Source: Blasia pusilla
Lineage: Eukaryota
Direction of reading: 5' to 3'
Length of the DNA: 64,000 nucleotides
Assembly (NCBI GenBank): GCA_050084515.1
Contig: CM114271.1
Span: 10,850,001 to 10,914,000 of the forward strand
Both the position numbers and the translations under genes were made by a program. Position 1 is the stretch's first letter, and each line of letters starts with the position of its first letter. Below are positions 60,701 through 64,000 of this stretch, in pieces. A model generated the notes under the pieces. The model did not search any database. It was not told the DNA's origin and saw only the letters and a list, made by a program, of their open reading frames with translations.

Positions 60701-63700
60701 CTAGTCTATGATCTCTTCAGCCTCGTCATCTACAAAAATGTTCCTAACTCTTGCCGGTTCCTCTACAAGAGACTTCTTAGGGCTAGTCAGTGGCTCCTCT
60801 GCAGGATTGTAGATTGGAAGTGAGAAGGAAGGAGGATTTGAGAGCCTTGTCCCCCTAGAAACAACGTATCAGTCCCATGTTACCTCCAAAGAGTCCCAAC
60901 GCATGCCCCGATAGTTGATTTTAAAGCTTCTGCAAATGGAGACCCATTGATATCAATGTTTGCTCCTTCCCCGAGAACCAGCACATCTCAACTCCAAAAT
61001 GCTTCAAATCCAAGGCACCTACACTCACTCGTTATCATGCGACGGCTCCTCCAGACAAGCCGCTGGCCTTGCCCTTTCTATTTTGGGGATCATCTGTAGT
61101 GAGGATGGAGTCACAACCAGTGGCTCCAACGCAGGTTCTTTTGTCCATGCAGGCGACTTTTAAACAACAATCACCCTCTCATAGTCTGACTTTGCCTCCC
61201 GGAAAAGTGCAAACAAGGTGTTCCTAGACTCAAGGCAGAGAATGTTTCGGCCACTCTGCCAAGCAGCTCTCACACTTGCCCCAGGAAGACCCACCAAATC
61301 GAGCACCAAATCACCGGCCTTAAACACATCTCCATGAGGGTCTGTAGGAGTGCGGGTGATTTTTCCCTCCCTCCAAGCACTAGCACCCCTTCCTCGACGA
61401 CGATTCGTGGGTGTGAATTGGACAGATTGTTCAGAGTGTATCCATCTAAACCTCAAAAGACTCAAACCTGTGCTTTGTTCTGACAAAAAAATACACATAA
61501 GAGTATTTGATTTGCAAAAAACACATGTAAAAGTCAGCTAAGAATCGGTGGGAGGAATAGATCTTCCAAGAGCAACCCGATGGAATCCGACGGGTTGCAA
61601 ATGAAAGATATCACCAAGGAAATTCGCTCTAAGGGGGCCCTGAGCATTCAGACACTTTTCCCACCAACCGTGGATGCCCAAAAGGTTGCCCATATGCAAT
61701 CCGTCAGAATCCGACGGGTTGCTCGACACACCCCAGAACCCGACGAGTAGGTGCTACAACCCGTCTGACTCAGACAGGTTGCAGCAAGGCCTATAAGGGA
61801 GGGTGATGACCAACTCCCTTTTTGGGCTGTGTTTTGCAACCCGTCGGAGTTCGATGGGTTGCAGGAAAAAATGAAAACATTTGTAGCAAGAAAAGAAATA
61901 TGAATCATGAGTTATGGAACTTACCAAGACTTGGTTTGAAGTCGACCTTATTGGGTAGTCGTTCTTCACAACCAAAGACTGCACTGTTTGCCACTTCAAC
62001 GATCGCTTCACGCACTACAAGTTAGAGCTCATCCTCGCTTCTTCCAGTTAGAACCAGGAAACATCCCGTGTCACTAAGATATGCGTTGGCAAAGGAGAAC
62101 ATCAACGCGATCTGGTCATATGTGAATGGGGTGTTTCAATCCGGGACTATGTCGCGTGGGTTTTCTGCCCACAAATCTGAGCCCCAACGGTAGATTTACG
62201 ATGAGGAGGTCAACTACAACCTCCTCACGTACCCCATTGATGGTCCATGGGGCATGGCCGCCTCGCAGAAGCTTACATCCCAACAATGTTAGCTTCTCCA
62301 AGGCAAGCGTGGACTCTTGTGATGAGAACTTCTCCAATTCTTCCAGCAACGATGTCTGATGCAGCAAGATGGTGATTTGTGATACTCCATCCTTGTGCTT
62401 CCCCGACAATGAGGGAGTGTAGACAACATTCGTGTCCCCTCCTTCAGAGAAACCGGGAGTCTCCCTTTTTTGCTTCTTGCGAGTGGGGTGCCTGCTTGTT
62501 GGGATCTCTATGACATCGAAATCCACAAGATTCGGTTTGGAGGCCTCCCGTAGCCGTCCTTCTCGCCTTGATGATCGTGCATTGCATGGTTTGGGGGCCT
62601 TAACCTTGGATTTCAACCCCGCATTGGACTTGTCTTTTGTCGTTACTGTTTTTGACAAAATCTCCGCCGCCTCAATTGCTTGTGCCTCGGCATCCCCTTC
62701 GAAGTACTCCTCTGTCTTGAAAATGTTTGGGATGTCCTCCTAGCCAACAGCTAGCGCATTATACAAGTCTCGCATTGCTGGGTCAGTGAGCTCATTGGGG
62801 TCATTGAAGTCCAACTAGATTGGTCAGTTGAGCACTTCCCAAGGACTCATCTTGTGGGCCATCTCCATGTCATACATGGAGAATCCTTCACCATCCGGAG
62901 TATCTGCCCATAGCTTGAGCGCCGCCCGAAACTTCCTCCATGTTCCTGCGTTCACACAGGAGGTCAAGAATCTGAACACCATCCTCTACGCAACTCGATG
63001 GTGGGATAAAACGACAGCTTGATCTTGATGCTCTTTCTTCTTTTTCGCGAAGTCCCGTTTCTTCGGCTCGACAATCTCCTCGTCGATATCCCCCTACGCT
63101 AGAATGTGGTTCTTGAACATCGTCTTGAACCCAGGATTCTTTGTCAACTTATCTCGGATGTCATTCAACCACAACTCAAACTCCTCCCCCGATTTGAGGC
63201 TAGCCTCCTCCGGAACCGGCTGAATTCTCTGCAGGTCGGCTTGAAGGCATTCAATCATTGACTTTCCCAGCAAGCGCAAGGCATCCCATAAGGACCACTC
63301 TCATAGCCATTGGGAGATGACTGGGTCCGACACCCCCGATGAATGGTGTGCCGATTTTTTCTTTGCCTCCGTTCCCTCTAGACTGATTTTCATCAGTCAC
63401 GTGTGTGGGGATCCTCGTCCCTCTTTCGCTGCCTCTTGATTATGGCCTTCAACTCTTTGTAGAAGTCGGGCCCGAGCTTGGGGTTGAGGACAGCGATGTA
63501 CTGCTGCATCTTCTTTGCAATGTACCTGGTCGACGCTGACACCACAACTTGAATGAACTTGGCTCTCTCAGAAGCCGAAACATTCCCTCTCTGCTCTAGC
63601 TCTAGTGTCGCGCTTCTTTTCGCCGCCTGGATTTTTGACCAGTTGAGTATTGTAACAACTGCATCTTGGGAAATGAATGTGTTGGCCCACGTCTTCTTTA

Positions 63701-63845
63701 TTTGCGCTCCTTTTGCGAGCATCTCATCCACCAACTCCTCTCCGAGGAATCCTTTGTTTTGCGACGGGTGTGTTGTAAGAACCTTCCTCACTTGGTCACA
63801 TTCCTGGATCCAGTGATGGGTAACATTCCCTTTGGACACAAAGCT
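60701..63845 (-). pseudogene. ParB/MTase-like gene, copy 3 (exons 3-4; continues beyond the window)
   Basis: Paralogous to copies 1 and 2: GNVTHHWIQEC, NPGFKTMFKNHIL, VDLLIVNLPLG, GGREKSPALLQTLMEM, GDLVLDLVGLPGASVRAAWQSGRNILCLE. Ends FVDDEAEEIID*. Palindromes in the intron (~61480-61920), at 63880-64000 and in the 3' flank 60210-60550. Confidence 0.8.
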
Positions 63846-64000
63846 GCAAACATCAAGGAGAAGTAAGAAAATTTACAACTTGCAACTTGTCAATTTTTTA
63901 CGGGTTGGAAGTAGACGAACAAAATGACAGCTATTGCCAACCCGTCAAAGTCCCACAGGATGCTCCAAGAGCTTTCTTGGTGCAATCCGTTGGAAACGGA

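Noticed and set aside
1-64000. Prokaryotic origin/contamination suggested by ParB and MTase domains; tRNA/rRNA genes
   Set aside because: The genes have GT-AG introns and are interleaved with plant LTR elements. No tRNA or rRNA genes were recognised.

Overview
This is eukaryotic, intron-containing, transposon-dense DNA, most consistent with an early-diverging land plant (bryophyte/lycophyte grade; inferred from gene and TE families, not proven). The only clearly intact host gene is a Methyltransf_16 (METTL21-like) protein-lysine methyltransferase at 58450-59124 (-). The rest is nested or decayed mobile DNA in four parts. (1) 1-19.5 kb holds a SWIM-finger Mutator-type transposase pseudogene with co-oriented orphan ORFs, tandem repeats, a long inverted repeat and a recurrent GGAANGCNTTCC motif. 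(2) Ty3/Gypsy fragments carry a C5 cytosine-methyltransferase domain after the protease (21.4-23.3 kb) and a PHD finger after the integrase (44.9-46.9 kb). (3) A complete 10.7-kb Ty3/Gypsy element has two LTRs, PBS, PPT and a CCAAA target-site duplication (27485-38215). (4) The main finding is four pieces of a large DNA-transposon family. In it, a GCM-like/MULE-type DDE transposase lies head-to-head with a spliced gene encoding a ParB/Srx-like (DGNHR) domain fused to a degenerate beta-class N6A/N4C DNA-methyltransferase fold. All non-coding parts of this element (promoter, introns, 3' flank) are studded with about 70 copies of a CpG-rich 27-bp palindrome, GCAACCCGTCGGANTCCGACGGGTTGC. This looks like a transposon-borne ParB/parS-like or VANC-like self-recognition/anti-silencing system. 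All domain calls are by-eye motif recognition with no database search; counts and many boundaries are approximate.
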